A DNA stretch of 64,000 nt from Acidobacteriota bacterium (lineage in GTDB: Bacteria > Acidobacteriota > Vicinamibacteria > Vicinamibacterales > UBA2999): NCBI GenBank assembly GCA_016210845.1, contig JACQTK010000041.1, positions 1,781 to 65,780 of the forward strand, in the 5' to 3' direction. The position numbers and the translations under genes were made by a program. Positions within the stretch are counted from its first letter, which is position 1; every line of letters starts with the position of its first letter. Of this stretch, positions 46,546 to 61,024 are shown piece by piece. A model generated the notes under the pieces. It saw only the letters and a program-made list of their open reading frames with translations, ran no database searches and was not told the DNA's origin.

Positions 46546-47397
46546 TCAGGACGCCCGTTTGCGCGGGGCGCGCGTCTGCGCTTTTCGAGAACGTGAACCC
46601 GTCGAACCTCGTGAACCTCCTGAACGTGTTCCCGTCGAACCCTTTGCACGCCTTGAAGCCGGTGAACCCGACGCCGCAGGCCGTCGCGCCTTCATCTCCA
46701 ATGACCGCGCGATGATCCGTTCGAAGAGGGCTCCGGTCTCTCCACCGCGCGCGGGTCGCGCCGAACGCCAGATGTCCGGGTTGTCCTGCGCGAGGATGTC
46801 GGCGAAGTCGCCGCGGCTCTTCACGCTGAGCGGGGCGAATTCGGCGATGTCCACGGCGCCCGCCCACTCGTCGCGATGCTTGATCAGCAGCCACGAGCGG
46901 CCGGGGGCGGCGCCACGCGCGGCGCCGCCTTCGCCAAGGCTTCGGCGCCCAGGCCAAGCGCCCTTGGTCCGCACCAGCACCCACGATCCCTTCAGCTTGT
47001 AGCCGTCGAGGGTGAACTTGAGGTCGACCTTGGCGAGGGCCGCGTCAACGTCCTCGACCTCGGGCGTCCAGGTGCCGCGGTCCCACAGCATGACGATGCC
47101 CGCGCCGTACCCCGCGGGGATCACCCCTTCGAACTCGCCGTACTCGAGCGGATGATCCTCGACGTGCATGGCGAGCCGCTTGGTCGCGGGATCGAGCGAG
47201 GGGCCCTTCGGCACCGCCCACGACAGCAGCACGCCGTCGTGCTCGAGCCGGAAGTCGTAGTGCAGGTGGCTCGCGAGGTGCTTCTGTACGCAGAAGAAGC
47301 GCGGCTGGCGCCCGGCCGGCGACCGGTGCGGCGTGGTGCCCGCAGGTTCGGGCGTCTCCTTGAAATTGCGCTTCCGCTTGTATTCCTCGAGTGGCAT
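46546..47397 (-). CDS. stand-alone DNA ligase D 3'-phosphoesterase (PE) domain protein
   Basis: Has FCVQKHLASHLHYDFRLE..GVLLSWAVPKGPS...HVEDHPLEYGEFEG. The basic, repeat-encoded C-terminal tail is low complexity. Confidence 0.85.
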   Translation of the reverse strand: MPLEEYKRKRNFKETPEPAGTTPHRSPAGRQPRFFCVQKHLASHLHYDFRLEHDGVLLSWAVPKGPSLDPATKRLAMHVEDHPLEYGEFEGVIPAGYGAGIVMLWDRGTWTPEVEDVDAALAKVDLKFTLDGYKLKGSWVLVRTKGAWPGRRSLGEGGAARGAAPGRSWLLIKHRDEWAGAVDIAEFAPLSVKSRGDFADILAQDNPDIWRSARPARGGETGALFERIIARSLEMKARRPAASGSPASRRAKGSTGTRSGGSRGSTGSRSRKAQTRAPRKRAS

Positions 47398-47439
47398 TCA
47401 GGAACCTACTCCGCAGGGCACTTGCATTGAGGTCCGAGC

Positions 47440-47459
47440 GCGCACGCTTCAGCGTGCGC
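47440..47459. repeat. REP-like hairpin
   Basis: Reads gcgcacgCTTCAGcgtgcgc. Confidence 0.8.
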
Positions 47460-47463
47460 GACG

Positions 47464-49017
<1,554 letters not shown>

Positions 49018-49053
49018 GTCTGATCCTCCCGCAAGAGAATAATCCCTTTTCCA

Positions 49054-49059
49054 TACAAT
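49054..49059 (+). promoter_or_regulatory. putative -10 box TACAAT, 6 nt before GTG 49066
   Basis: Hexamer and spacing only. Confidence 0.3.
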
Positions 49060-49065
49060 GGTGGG

Positions 49066-50493
49066 GTGCGCGTGCTGCTCGTTTCAACCTACGACCTCGG
49101 CCGGCAGCCGTTCGGTCTGGCGTCGCCCGCGGCCTGGCTGCGCCGCGCGGGGGTCGAGGCGGAGTGCGCCGACACGTCGCGCGAGCCCCTGGACGACGGC
49201 CGCCTGGCGGCGGCGTCCGTCGTGGCGTTCTATCTGCCGATGCACACGGCCACCCGCCTGGCCGCGCCGCTCATCGACCGGGCGCGGCGCGTGAACCCGG
49301 GCGCGCGGCTCTGCGCGTATGGCCTGTACGCGCCGCTCAACGCGGAGTGGCTGCGGGAGCAGGGGATACACGAGGTGCTCGGCCCCGAGGCCGAGGAAGA
49401 CCTCGTTCAGCTTGTGAAGACGCTTGACGAGGCGCGTGGCGCGAACCCTGTCGGCATCGCGCAGGCGAGCCTGACAAGGCTCGCCCCACCACGAGCATCA
49501 ACCCTTTCGGGCGGGATTGCTCGCTTGCCGTTCATTCAGCCAGACCGCGCTGGGCTGCCCGCCTTGTCGCGCTACGCGTCGCTGCAGATGCCCGACGGGA
49601 GCCGCCGCGTGATCGGGACGACCGATGCGACACGCGGGTGCAAGCACCTCTGTCGCCACTGCCCGATCGTGCCCGTCTATCGCGGCCAGTTCCGGGCGGT
49701 GCCCCTGGAGGTGGTGCTCGGCGACATCACGGCGCAGGTGGAGGCGGGCGCCCAGCACATCACCTTCGGCGATCCCGACTTTCTCAACGGCCCGACGCAC
49801 GCGCGTCGGCTCGTGGAGCGTCTCGCGCGGGAGTGTCCGGGCGTGTCCTACGACGTGACGATCAAGATCGAGCACCTGTTGCGGCACGCGGATCTCCTCC
49901 CCGTGCTGCGCGACACCGGGTGTCTGTTCATCACGAGCGCCGTCGAGTCGATCGACGACCACGTCCTCGGACGCTTGCGAAAGGGGCATACGCGCAACGA
50001 CTTCATTCGGGCCGCGGCGCTGTGCCGCGAGGCTGGCGTCCTGCTCGCGCCGACGTTCGTGCCGTTCACGCCCTGGACGACGGTCGAGGGCTACGTGGAG
50101 CTGCTGGATCTCGTCGACGAGCTCGATCTCGTCGAGCAGGTGGCGCCGATCCAGCTCGCGATTCGGCTGTTGATCACGTCCGGATCGCCGCTGCTCGAGT
50201 TGCCCGACATCCGCCGCGCCATCGGGCTGTTCGATCCCGCCTCGCTCACATGGCCGTGGCGGCACCCCGATGCGAACGTGGACGCCGTGCAGCGCGACGT
50301 GATGCAGATCGTGGGGGCGGCCCGTGGCGCCACACGGTCGGAGGTGTTTGCCGCGATTGCGTCGGCGGCGTGCGAACGGGCAGGCGCGCCAGCCAGGACC
50401 TATCCATCTCGCTCGCCGCGTGCGGTGCCGTCGATCAGCGAACCGTGGTACTGCTGCGCGGAGCCGAGCCCCGAGCAGATGGGGGCCATCTGA
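49066..50493 (+). CDS. radical SAM protein with CCAEP C-terminal tail (CUAEP/CCAEP-tail family, as recalled)
   Basis: Has CKHLCRHC (C-x3-C-x2-C) and an N-terminal B12-binding-like part. Ends ...EPWYCCAEPSPEQMGAI, with TGC TGC at 50452-50457. Confidence 0.8.
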   Translation: MRVLLVSTYDLGRQPFGLASPAAWLRRAGVEAECADTSREPLDDGRLAAASVVAFYLPMHTATRLAAPLIDRARRVNPGARLCAYGLYAPLNAEWLREQGIHEVLGPEAEEDLVQLVKTLDEARGANPVGIAQASLTRLAPPRASTLSGGIARLPFIQPDRAGLPALSRYASLQMPDGSRRVIGTTDATRGCKHLCRHCPIVPVYRGQFRAVPLEVVLGDITAQVEAGAQHITFGDPDFLNGPTHARRLVERLARECPGVSYDVTIKIEHLLRHADLLPVLRDTGCLFITSAVESIDDHVLGRLRKGHTRNDFIRAAALCREAGVLLAPTFVPFTPWTTVEGYVELLDLVDELDLVEQVAPIQLAIRLLITSGSPLLELPDIRRAIGLFDPASLTWPWRHPDANVDAVQRDVMQIVGAARGATRSEVFAAIASAACERAGAPARTYPSRSPRAVPSISEPWYCCAEPSPEQMGAI

Positions 50494-50499
50494 GGATTC

Positions 50500-50570
50500 G
50501 CGGGGCTAAAGCCCCCGCGCTACAGGTGACCGATCAAGACCGGGTGTAGAGCGCGGGCTTCAGCCCGCGC
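50500..50570. repeat. REP-like unit
   Basis: Reads gcggggCTAAAGcccccgc GCTACAGG ... GGTGTAGA gcgcgggCTTCAGcccgcgc. Confidence 0.85.
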
Positions 50571-50575
50571 GGCGT

Positions 50576-51874
50576 ATGAAGACTATTCTTCTGATTGCGA
50601 CGACGACCGGCTACCAGATCCGGTCGTTCGGCGAGGCGGCCGAGACGCTTGGCGTTCGCCTCGTGTTTGCCAGCGATCGGTGCGAACGGCTGGAGGACCC
50701 CTGGTGGGATCAGGCGATCCCTGTGCGGTTTCACGAGCCCGAGCGCGCCACCGCCGCCGTGGTCACGGCCTTCAAGGGCACGCGTCCGGACGGCATCATG
50801 GCCGTCGGCGATCGCCCTACGCTGCTGGCGGCTCGTCTCGCCAGCGCGTTCGGTCTCGACGGCAACCCGCCTGCCGCTGCGGACGCCAGCCGGAACAAGC
50901 TCGCCAGTCGGCGCGCCCTTGCGGCCGCGGGCCTTCCGGCCCCATGGTTCGAGCCGGTGTCGATCGACACCGACGCGCTCGCCCTGGCTGGCGGCGTGCC
51001 GTATCCAGCCGTCATCAAGCCTCTTGCGCTTTCAGGGAGTCGGGGCGTGATGCGCGTCGACGAACCGGCTCAGTTCGTGGCGGCCTTCGAGCGGCTGCGG
51101 CGGCTGCTTCGGTCGCCCGACGTGCGCGTCGAGCGAGACGAGGCGCACCAGATGGCGATGATCGAGGCGTTCATTCCAGGGCGGGAGTTTGCCGTGGAAG
51201 GGTTGCTCACGCGCGGCGCCCTGCGCGTGCTGGCGATCTTCGACAAGCCCGACCCGCTCGACGGCCCGTTCTTCGAGGAGACGATCTACGTGACGCCGTC
51301 GCGGGCGCCTGCGGACGTGGGGCGCCGCATGGCGGACGCGGTGGCGGCGGCGGCTGCGGCGTTGGGCCTGTGGCACGGTCCCATCCATGCCGAATGTCGC
51401 GTCCATGACGACGGCGTCTACGTGCTCGAGGCGGCCGCGCGGCCGATTGGCGGCCTGTGTTCGCGCGCGCTGCGCTTCCATTCCGGACGCCTTCAGGCTT
51501 CCGCGCGAACCGGTGTGTCGCTCGAAGAGGTGCTGCTGCGCCACGCCCTCGGCGAGGACGTGTCTGCATACGAGCGCGAGGTACGGGCATCGGGCGTGAT
51601 GATGATTCCCATTCCGCAGCGCGGCATCTACCGGCGCGTCGAGGGTGCGGAGCAGGCACGATTGGTGGCGGGCATCGAGGACGTCCAGATCACCGCGAAG
51701 GAGGATGCCCTGCTCGTGCCGCTGCCCGAAGGGAAGAGCTATCTGGGATTCATCTTTGCGCGGGCGGAGAGCCCAGAAGCGGTCGAGGGAGCGCTGCGCG
51801 AGGCGCACGCCCGCCTGCGCTTCACGATCGATCGCGAGATCCCCGTCACGGAGTCCCTCCGACCTGGGGCCTGA
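50576..51874 (+). CDS. ATP-grasp domain protein
   Basis: Has YPAVIKPLALSGSRGV, EAFIPGREFAVEG and GPIHAECRV..DGVYVLEAAARPIGG. Confidence 0.85.
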   Translation: MKTILLIATTTGYQIRSFGEAAETLGVRLVFASDRCERLEDPWWDQAIPVRFHEPERATAAVVTAFKGTRPDGIMAVGDRPTLLAARLASAFGLDGNPPAAADASRNKLASRRALAAAGLPAPWFEPVSIDTDALALAGGVPYPAVIKPLALSGSRGVMRVDEPAQFVAAFERLRRLLRSPDVRVERDEAHQMAMIEAFIPGREFAVEGLLTRGALRVLAIFDKPDPLDGPFFEETIYVTPSRAPADVGRRMADAVAAAAAALGLWHGPIHAECRVHDDGVYVLEAAARPIGGLCSRALRFHSGRLQASARTGVSLEEVLLRHALGEDVSAYEREVRASGVMMIPIPQRGIYRRVEGAEQARLVAGIEDVQITAKEDALLVPLPEGKSYLGFIFARAESPEAVEGALREAHARLRFTIDREIPVTESLRPGA

Positions 51875-51877
51875 GGC

Positions 51878-52144
51878 CTATTTGGCCTGCTCTGGGACGT
51901 ACCCTGGCGGCAGCGCGGCTCCCTCGCCGAAGAAGAAATCCTCCATCTGCTTGGCGATGAGATCCTGCGCCTCCTTCTGCCACGGCATGAGGCGGTACTC
52001 GTTGAGGATCATCTTCATCCGCTCTTCCCAGAGCTTCCACGCCTGCGCCGAGACCTGCTCGTAGATCCGCTGGCCCAGTTCGCCGGGCCATGGCAGGGCG
52101 TCGAGCCCGGGCAGCTCCTTCTGGAACTTCACGCACTGGACCAT
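51878..52144 (-). CDS. yggX: Fe(2+)-trafficking / oxidative damage protection protein YggX
   Basis: MVQCVKFQKELPGLD..PWPGELGQRIYEQVSAQAW..W...MILNEYRL is collinear with E. coli YggX. This is the internal ATG of track ORF 51878..52201. Confidence 0.85.
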   Translation of the reverse strand: MVQCVKFQKELPGLDALPWPGELGQRIYEQVSAQAWKLWEERMKMILNEYRLMPWQKEAQDLIAKQMEDFFFGEGAALPPGYVPEQAK

Positions 52145-52224
52145 CCGGCCGCTCGTGTTGCCACCCGGGGCCTGCGTCGGTGTGGGGGCGCATTCGTCCA
52201 TGAACTCGATGGTAACCCGAAAGA

Positions 52225-52247
52225 CGGACCTGAAGGTCCGCCTCTAC
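52225..52247. repeat. REP-like hairpin
   Basis: Reads cggaccTGAAggtccg CCTCTAC. Confidence 0.65.
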
Positions 52248-52560
52248 GTACACAGGGAAAAGGCACAACAGGAAGAGGCTCGTACAGTGGTACAGTCCTA
52301 CCACCGGGCGATGAGCGTTCGCTGGCACTCAGGGAAAGCATTTGTCGGGAGTTGGTACGAATTCCAACCTCAACTGTAAGGATCTGCATCAGTCCCATCG
52401 AAGGGCGGGTCTTGTCCTAAGAAACAACGCGTGCGTTCACAGCCACTTGCAGCGATGTCGGTTTTGGTCGGGGTGGCATACGCCTTGTAGCCGGCCGCTG
52501 CATGCGTGACCACCGGCTCCGCCGGTTGGCACGCGAGTTCGGGAAACCAGGAGGAGAGCT

Positions 52561-52821
52561 GTGGACGGACTGCGTAAGGAACGCCGCGGATTTGCTTCGA
52601 TGTCACCGGAAAAGCAGCGCGAGATTGCTAGCAAGGGCGGTCGCGCGGCTCACGAAAAGGGCACCGCGCACGAGTGGACGCCAGACGAGGCGCGCTCGGC
52701 GGGACGCAAAGGCGGTCAGATCAGCCGCGGCGGCCGCGGACGTCTGATTCCTGCTTCCCCGGTGGACCTGAATGCCTTCACGGCTCCTGCTTCCGGTGTG
52801 GAGCCCGGCCGTGCGGACTAG
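52561..52821 (+). CDS. KGG-repeat general stress protein (YciG-like)
   Basis: GTG start after AGGAGG. Has ...EKQREIASKGGRAAHEKG...EARSAGRKGGQ. Confidence 0.75.
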   Translation: MDGLRKERRGFASMSPEKQREIASKGGRAAHEKGTAHEWTPDEARSAGRKGGQISRGGRGRLIPASPVDLNAFTAPASGVEPGRAD

Positions 52822-52892
52822 CGCGTAGTTCGCCCGGCCCGCCTTTCGACTCGACCGGAGAAAAGTGAGATGACGCTGTGTTAGTGCGTACG

Positions 52893-54608
52893 ATGTGTTG
52901 CGGGTTCTTCATGGCCGCCCTTGCGGCCCCCGCCCTCGCCCACCCCGCCCCGGGCCAGACACCCACGACCTCCCAGACGGCGATCACGCAGGACGAAATC
53001 GTGCTCCAGGGGGAGACGACGCCGAGGCGCGCGCTGCCGAGCGTCCACGGCGATACCGGCTTCTGGTGGCTGCCGACCGCCGAGACGATGCCCGCCGGCC
53101 GCTGGTCGGCCAGCCTCTTCCGCGCCAACTTCGATCGGCGGCAGGGGCTGACCGACGTGCATCACATCGGGATCACCGCCGCCGTGGCGCCGACCGATCG
53201 CCTCGAGCTGTTCGCCTCCTGGCGGATCGTGCGGATCGATCGCGACGTGCGGCCGACCTTCATCCCCGACGACCCGGTGTTCGGCGGCGTCTCGCAGGAA
53301 TATCCGTACCTGCGGCGCGGCTGGTCGAAGACGCTCGGCGGCCCGATCATCGTCGGCGGCAAGGCCAGCCTCATCTCGCAGTCGCGGGGCGACGCGATGA
53401 GCCTCGCGCCGCGCATCATGGTGAAGTTTCCCAGCGGCTCGTCGTGGGCGAGCACCAACGACTGGGACGGCCACTTCGATCTCGTGGCCAGCCGTGAGTT
53501 CGAGGAGCGCGTCGAGCTGACGGGCATGGCAGGCGGCGTGATCCGGGGCGACCCGGACGAGTTCCGTGTCTCGGATGGCATCACGTGGGGCCTTGGCGCG
53601 TCGTTCCCCACCCGGTCCGCGCTGCGCGCGCTCGTGGAGTGGCACGGCGAGTTCGTGATCAAGGACCAGACTCGCGTGATCGCTCAGCCCTACGTCGCCG
53701 AGGACGGGAGCATCGCGCCGCTGCTCAGCCCGATCTCGGATCCCACGAACTTCAAGATCGGCGGCGTCTGGCAGGCCGATAACGGCCTGTTCGTCCACCT
53801 CGGCGCGAACTACAGCTGGGGCACGGGCGGCCGGACGGTCGCGGGGACTGCCTTCGATCACAACTCGTGGGGCGTCGACGTCCGGGTCGGCTGGCATCCG
53901 GGCGTGACGCCGCCGCGCGAGCGCGTGCGCGTCATCAAGGAGACGACGACGGTCACGCAGACCGTGGCGGCCCCGCCGCCGCCCGCGCCGAACCGCAACC
54001 CGGTCTTCAGCGTCAACGCGACGTGCAATCCTGCGGTCGTCGAAGTGGGCCAGACCTCGAACTGCACGGCGACGGCCACGGACCCCGACGGCGATCCGGT
54101 GACGTACCGGTGGACCGCGCCGCAGGGCACCTTCAGCGCGGCCAACGCCCAGAACACGGTGTGGACGGCGCCGAATCAGGTAGGCAGCGTGCCGATCACG
54201 GTGACCGCGCAGGACAACCGCGGCGGCACGGCCACGAGCACGGTGACCGTACAGGTGGTGCAGCGCGAGACGATCATGTTCGAGGACGTACACTTCGACT
54301 TCGATCGGTTCAACCTGCGCCCGGAGGCGCTGACGATCCTCGACGACGCGGTGGCGAGGCTGCAGTCGAACCCGGATCTGAACGTCACGATCGAAGGGCA
54401 CTGCGACAGCATCGGCACCGTGGAGTACAACCTGGCGCTCGGCGAGCGCCGCGCCAACTCGGTCCGCGACTACCTCGTGAGCCTGGGCATCGCGGCGGGA
54501 CGCCTGCGCACGGTGAGCTACGGCGAGGAGCGTCCGATTGCCGACAACGCCACGGTGTCGGGACGCGCCATGAACCGCCGGGCGCATCTGATGGTGATCA
54601 TCGAGTAG
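52893..54608 (+). CDS. OmpA-family outer-membrane protein (N-terminal barrel, Ig/PKD-like domain, C-terminal OmpA peptidoglycan-binding domain)
   Basis: Has ...FDFDRFNLRPEA...EGHCDSIGTVEYNLALGERRANSVRDYL...NRRAHL. The start is ATG 52893 or GTG 52878. Confidence 0.9.
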   Translation: MCCGFFMAALAAPALAHPAPGQTPTTSQTAITQDEIVLQGETTPRRALPSVHGDTGFWWLPTAETMPAGRWSASLFRANFDRRQGLTDVHHIGITAAVAPTDRLELFASWRIVRIDRDVRPTFIPDDPVFGGVSQEYPYLRRGWSKTLGGPIIVGGKASLISQSRGDAMSLAPRIMVKFPSGSSWASTNDWDGHFDLVASREFEERVELTGMAGGVIRGDPDEFRVSDGITWGLGASFPTRSALRALVEWHGEFVIKDQTRVIAQPYVAEDGSIAPLLSPISDPTNFKIGGVWQADNGLFVHLGANYSWGTGGRTVAGTAFDHNSWGVDVRVGWHPGVTPPRERVRVIKETTTVTQTVAAPPPPAPNRNPVFSVNATCNPAVVEVGQTSNCTATATDPDGDPVTYRWTAPQGTFSAANAQNTVWTAPNQVGSVPITVTAQDNRGGTATSTVTVQVVQRETIMFEDVHFDFDRFNLRPEALTILDDAVARLQSNPDLNVTIEGHCDSIGTVEYNLALGERRANSVRDYLVSLGIAAGRLRTVSYGEERPIADNATVSGRAMNRRAHLMVIIE

Positions 54609-54700
54609 GCAGGGTAGGCGGGGTAGGCAGGGCAGGCGGGGTGGGGGTGACCTACTCCGCCCCTACCCCGCTTACCCCGCCCACTCCGCTCCGCCTGCCA
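54605..54700. repeat. hairpin built from tandem GGTAGGC(A/G)G units and their inverted copies
   Basis: GTAGGCAGGGTAGGCGGGGTAGGCAGGGCAGGCGGGG ... CCGCCCCTACCCCGCTTACCCCGCC. Confidence 0.75.
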
Positions 54701-54715
54701 GGCGCTCACTCTTGC

Positions 54716-54889
54716 ATGCACCTCCTCCAGATTTACCTCATCGGTTACTTCCTGCTCCTTGCGGGCGCCGCGTGGGCGTTGTGGCGATCGGGCATCCTCG
54801 GTGAGATTCCGTTGGCGTGGGCGGCGATTGGCGTCGCTATCGCTGTCGGACTCGCCATCGTGCTCGCGTCGCGTCCAGCCCATCTGTGA
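54716..54889 (+). CDS. small two-TM membrane protein, hypothetical
   Basis: MHLLQIYLIGYFLLLAGAAWALW...LAWAAIGVAIAVGLAIVLA, flanked by hairpin repeats on both sides. Confidence 0.45.
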   Translation: MHLLQIYLIGYFLLLAGAAWALWRSGILGEIPLAWAAIGVAIAVGLAIVLASRPAHL

Positions 54890-54902
54890 CGCGCGACTGA
54901 TT

Positions 54903-54957
54903 GGGCAGGTGAGGCGGGTAGGGCTGGTGGGGCTGCCCACCCGCCTTACCTGCCCCA
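54903..54957. repeat. GC-rich hairpin (terminator-like)
   Basis: GGGCAGGTGAGGCGGGT ... CCCACCCGCCTTACCTGCCC. Confidence 0.65.
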
Positions 54958-54964
54958 ACGTGGC

Positions 54965-56466
54965 ATGGTCTGTGTTACGGCACAGACCGCCATGCCCGGA
55001 GTGCGTCTCGTCTTTCCCTTTTTGCTCCTTCTGGCGGCGGCAGCCGGGGCGAGCTGCCGCGAGGACGGCGAGATCCAGATCTCCAGCCTGAGATTCCGCG
55101 GCGTCGAGCAGATCGAGGAGAGCGCCCTCAAAGGCGTGCTGCAGACGCGCGCGGGCTCGCGTCTGCCGTGGGGGCGCAAACGCTTCTTCGACCGCCGTGC
55201 GTTCGAGGCGGACCTGAAGCGCATCGAGGCGTTCTATCTCGATCGCGGCTTTCCCGACGCCCGCGTCAGCAGCTTCGACGTGGCACTCAGCCAGGATCAG
55301 GAGACGGTCGACATCACGGTGACGATCGCCGAGGGCGAGCCCATCCTCTACGGGCTGGAGCTGTTCGAGTTCGCGAACATCGAGGCGCTGGCGGACGCGC
55401 GGACGCAGCCTCCCGACGTGCCCGTGCGCGTGACCGTGGCGGAAGGCGATCACCAGAAGATCACGGTGGGGGTGGGATATGGCACGGAGGAGCAGGCGCG
55501 CGCGCGGCTGCGGTGGGATCACGTCAACTTCGTCGGCGGCGCCAGGCACGCCGGCTTCGAGGGCAAGTGGTCGTCGCTCGACCGCGGCGTGCGCCTCGAT
55601 TACCTCGGTGGCCCGCCGGTTCGTGCTGGCCAATCGCCTGCGCCCGAGGTGCCGCGCGCCGCGTTCCTCGATGCCGTGGACCTCGAGATCGGCGTCTCGG
55701 TACCGAGCAACCTCGTGCTGCGCGGCAGCGACCTCCGCCCGGCCAACGCGCCCATCGACATCGGCGACCTGAACGTGACCGTCGGCGGCCTCGTCCAGGT
55801 GCGCAAGGCGCCGCGCGAGCGCGTCCGGGTGATCGGCGAGGTCAATACCGTTCGCGGCAGCTACACCTTCCAGGGGCGCCGTTTCGACATTCTCCGCGAC
55901 GGCCGCATCCGGTTCGCGGGCACCGAGGAGATCGACCCGACGATCGATCTGCGCGCGCGACGCGTCATCTCGGGCGTCGAGACGTTCGTGCGCCTGCAGG
56001 GGACGATGCGGCAGCCCGAGCTGGCGTTCAGCAGCAGCCCGCCGCTCGACCAGGCCGACATCCTGTCGCTGGTCGTCTTCAACCTGCCGATCAACGAGCT
56101 CGGGGAGGGACAGCAGATCTCGCTGGCCGAGCGCGCGGGGGCGCTGGCGGGCGGCTATCTCGTATCGGGCCTCACCCGCTCCGTCGCCAACGCGCTGGAG
56201 CTGGACGCGTTCGAGATCCAGGCGCAGGGCGAGCGCGGCCTCGGGCCGAGCCTGACCCTCGGCGAGCAGGTGGGCGAGCGGACGTACTTTCGCATTCGCC
56301 AGGGCTTCGGCGCCGAGCAGACCACCGAGCTGATCCTCGAGTATCAGATCGCCGATTTTCTGCGCGTGCAGGGCGCCGTGGCGGAAACCTCCGGCGGCAC
56401 CCAGCGCGTGACGTTCCGGCGCATCGAGCGCGCGGGGCTCGATCTGATCTTCTTCTTCAGCTATTA

Positions 56467-56467
<1 letters not shown>
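54965..56467 (+). CDS. chimeric ORF: TamA/BamA-like N-terminus (POTRA + first barrel strands) joined to a TamB (DUF490) C-terminus
   Basis: POTRA part: LRFRGVEQIEESALKGVLQTRAG...FYLDRGFPDARV...VTVAEGDHQKITVGVGYGTEE. TamB-like part: ...GSYTFQGRRFDILRDGRIRFAGTEEIDPTIDLRA...MRQPELAFSSSPPLDQADILSL...LEYQI. Confidence 0.65.
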
Positions 56468-58614
<2,147 letters not shown>

Positions 58615-58739
58615 AGCGGTCCTAGCCGCGCGGAGCGCGGCAGAAGAGACTGGAACCAGCCAAGGGGCTCCGCGGGGATATCAAGGGGCGGAGCCCCTTG
58701 GCTGGTTTCATGATCGGCGACCAGTGTACATTGCCCTGG

Positions 58740-59048
58740 GTGCGGCATGTCCTCCCCACACGTGGTCATCGAGATCCGCGTCGGGTGCTGCTGGCCTTCG
58801 AGCGTGCCGAGCGCGAGCCCGATCCCGCCAGACGGCAGGAGCTGCTCACGTTCGTGCTCGTGGGCGCGGCCGTCACGGACATCGATGGGCACGGCGTCAT
58901 GCTCGGGTCGAAGCTCTTCCTCCACATCTTCATGCTCATCGGTTTCCGCAATCGCGTGGTCGTGCTGCCGCAGTGGGCGGTCGCGTACTTCACCTTCCAG
59001 CGGAGCGTGCGGCTGATTACCTCCCAGGATCAGCTCGACCGGCAATAG
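58740..59048 (+). pseudogene. NDH-2 (type II NADH dehydrogenase) remnant with internal deletion
   Basis: ...RRVLLAFERAE....LLTFVLVG (second Rossmann start) is joined directly to ...LFLHIFMLIGFRNRVVVLPQWAVAYFTFQRSVRLIT (the C-terminal membrane helix). About 100 aa against about 430 expected. Confidence 0.55.
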
Positions 59049-59196
59049 GGCGCGCGCCCGGTCCGGCTCTTGCTATTCCGCCCGGCGCGGCGTAAAGCCG
59101 CACCCTACGCGTCGCAGGTAGGGCGGGCCATCGGCACCCCACCGCGCAGGCGTGCGCGGTGGGGACCCCGCCTGGCGGCCCGCCGGAGGTTCGGCC

Positions 59197-59691
59197 ATGA
59201 GGACCCTGTTCTGTCTTTCTCTCGCCGTCGTGCTCGTCGGCTGCGGGCGGCCCAGCACGGAGGACAACGTGCGCGAGGCGCTCGACGAGGCCGACATCAG
59301 GTCGGTCGACGTGGCCGTCGACGAGGACGCGAACGTCGTGCACCTGTCGGGCACGGTGGAAACGCTGGCCGATCGCACGCGGGCGGAAGAAATCGCCGCG
59401 GCGACGGTGGGAACGAGCGGCCGAGTACTGAACGACGTCACCGTGGAAACGCTCGAAGAGGCGCCGCCGGAGGATCCCGATCAGGCCGTCGCGCGCGCGA
59501 TCGACCGTCTCATCGACGAGGATCCCGTGCTGCGGGAGCGCGACGTCAACATCGCCGTGACGCAGGGGCGGGTGACCGTGACCGGCGAGGTGCGAAGCGC
59601 TGCGGAGAAGGCCCGCGCCGACCGCATCGTGTCCTCTGCGCCTGGCGTCGCCGCGGTGGCCAACGAGCTGCGCGTCAGAGGCGAGCCTTGA
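59197..59691 (+). CDS. BON-domain lipoprotein (two BON domains)
   Basis: Has MRTLFCLSLAVVLVGC after GGAGG, and twice ...V.V....VV.L.G.V.....R..A..IA....GV..V.N.L.V. Confidence 0.75.
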   Translation: MRTLFCLSLAVVLVGCGRPSTEDNVREALDEADIRSVDVAVDEDANVVHLSGTVETLADRTRAEEIAAATVGTSGRVLNDVTVETLEEAPPEDPDQAVARAIDRLIDEDPVLRERDVNIAVTQGRVTVTGEVRSAAEKARADRIVSSAPGVAAVANELRVRGEP

Positions 59692-59735
59692 AGGCTAGAG
59701 GCCGAACAGAGCGGCCGCTTCGACGACGACCGGAT

Positions 59736-60980
<1,245 letters not shown>

Positions 60981-61024
60981 GATACGCGGTTACGCGCCAT
61001 GCGGGCGGGTCCGCTCCGGCTCGA

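Noticed and set aside
46590-46680. Imperfect GAACC-rich repeats as a separate repeat element.
   Set aside because: They lie inside the LigD-PE gene's basic C-terminal tail, translated GSTGTRSGGSRGSTGSRS. I treat them as low-complexity coding sequence rather than a distinct element.
50440-50493. Selenocysteine (UGA) in the radical SAM tail.
   Set aside because: The tail is encoded by TGC TGC (CCAEP). There is no in-frame TGA and no SECIS-like hairpin is needed.
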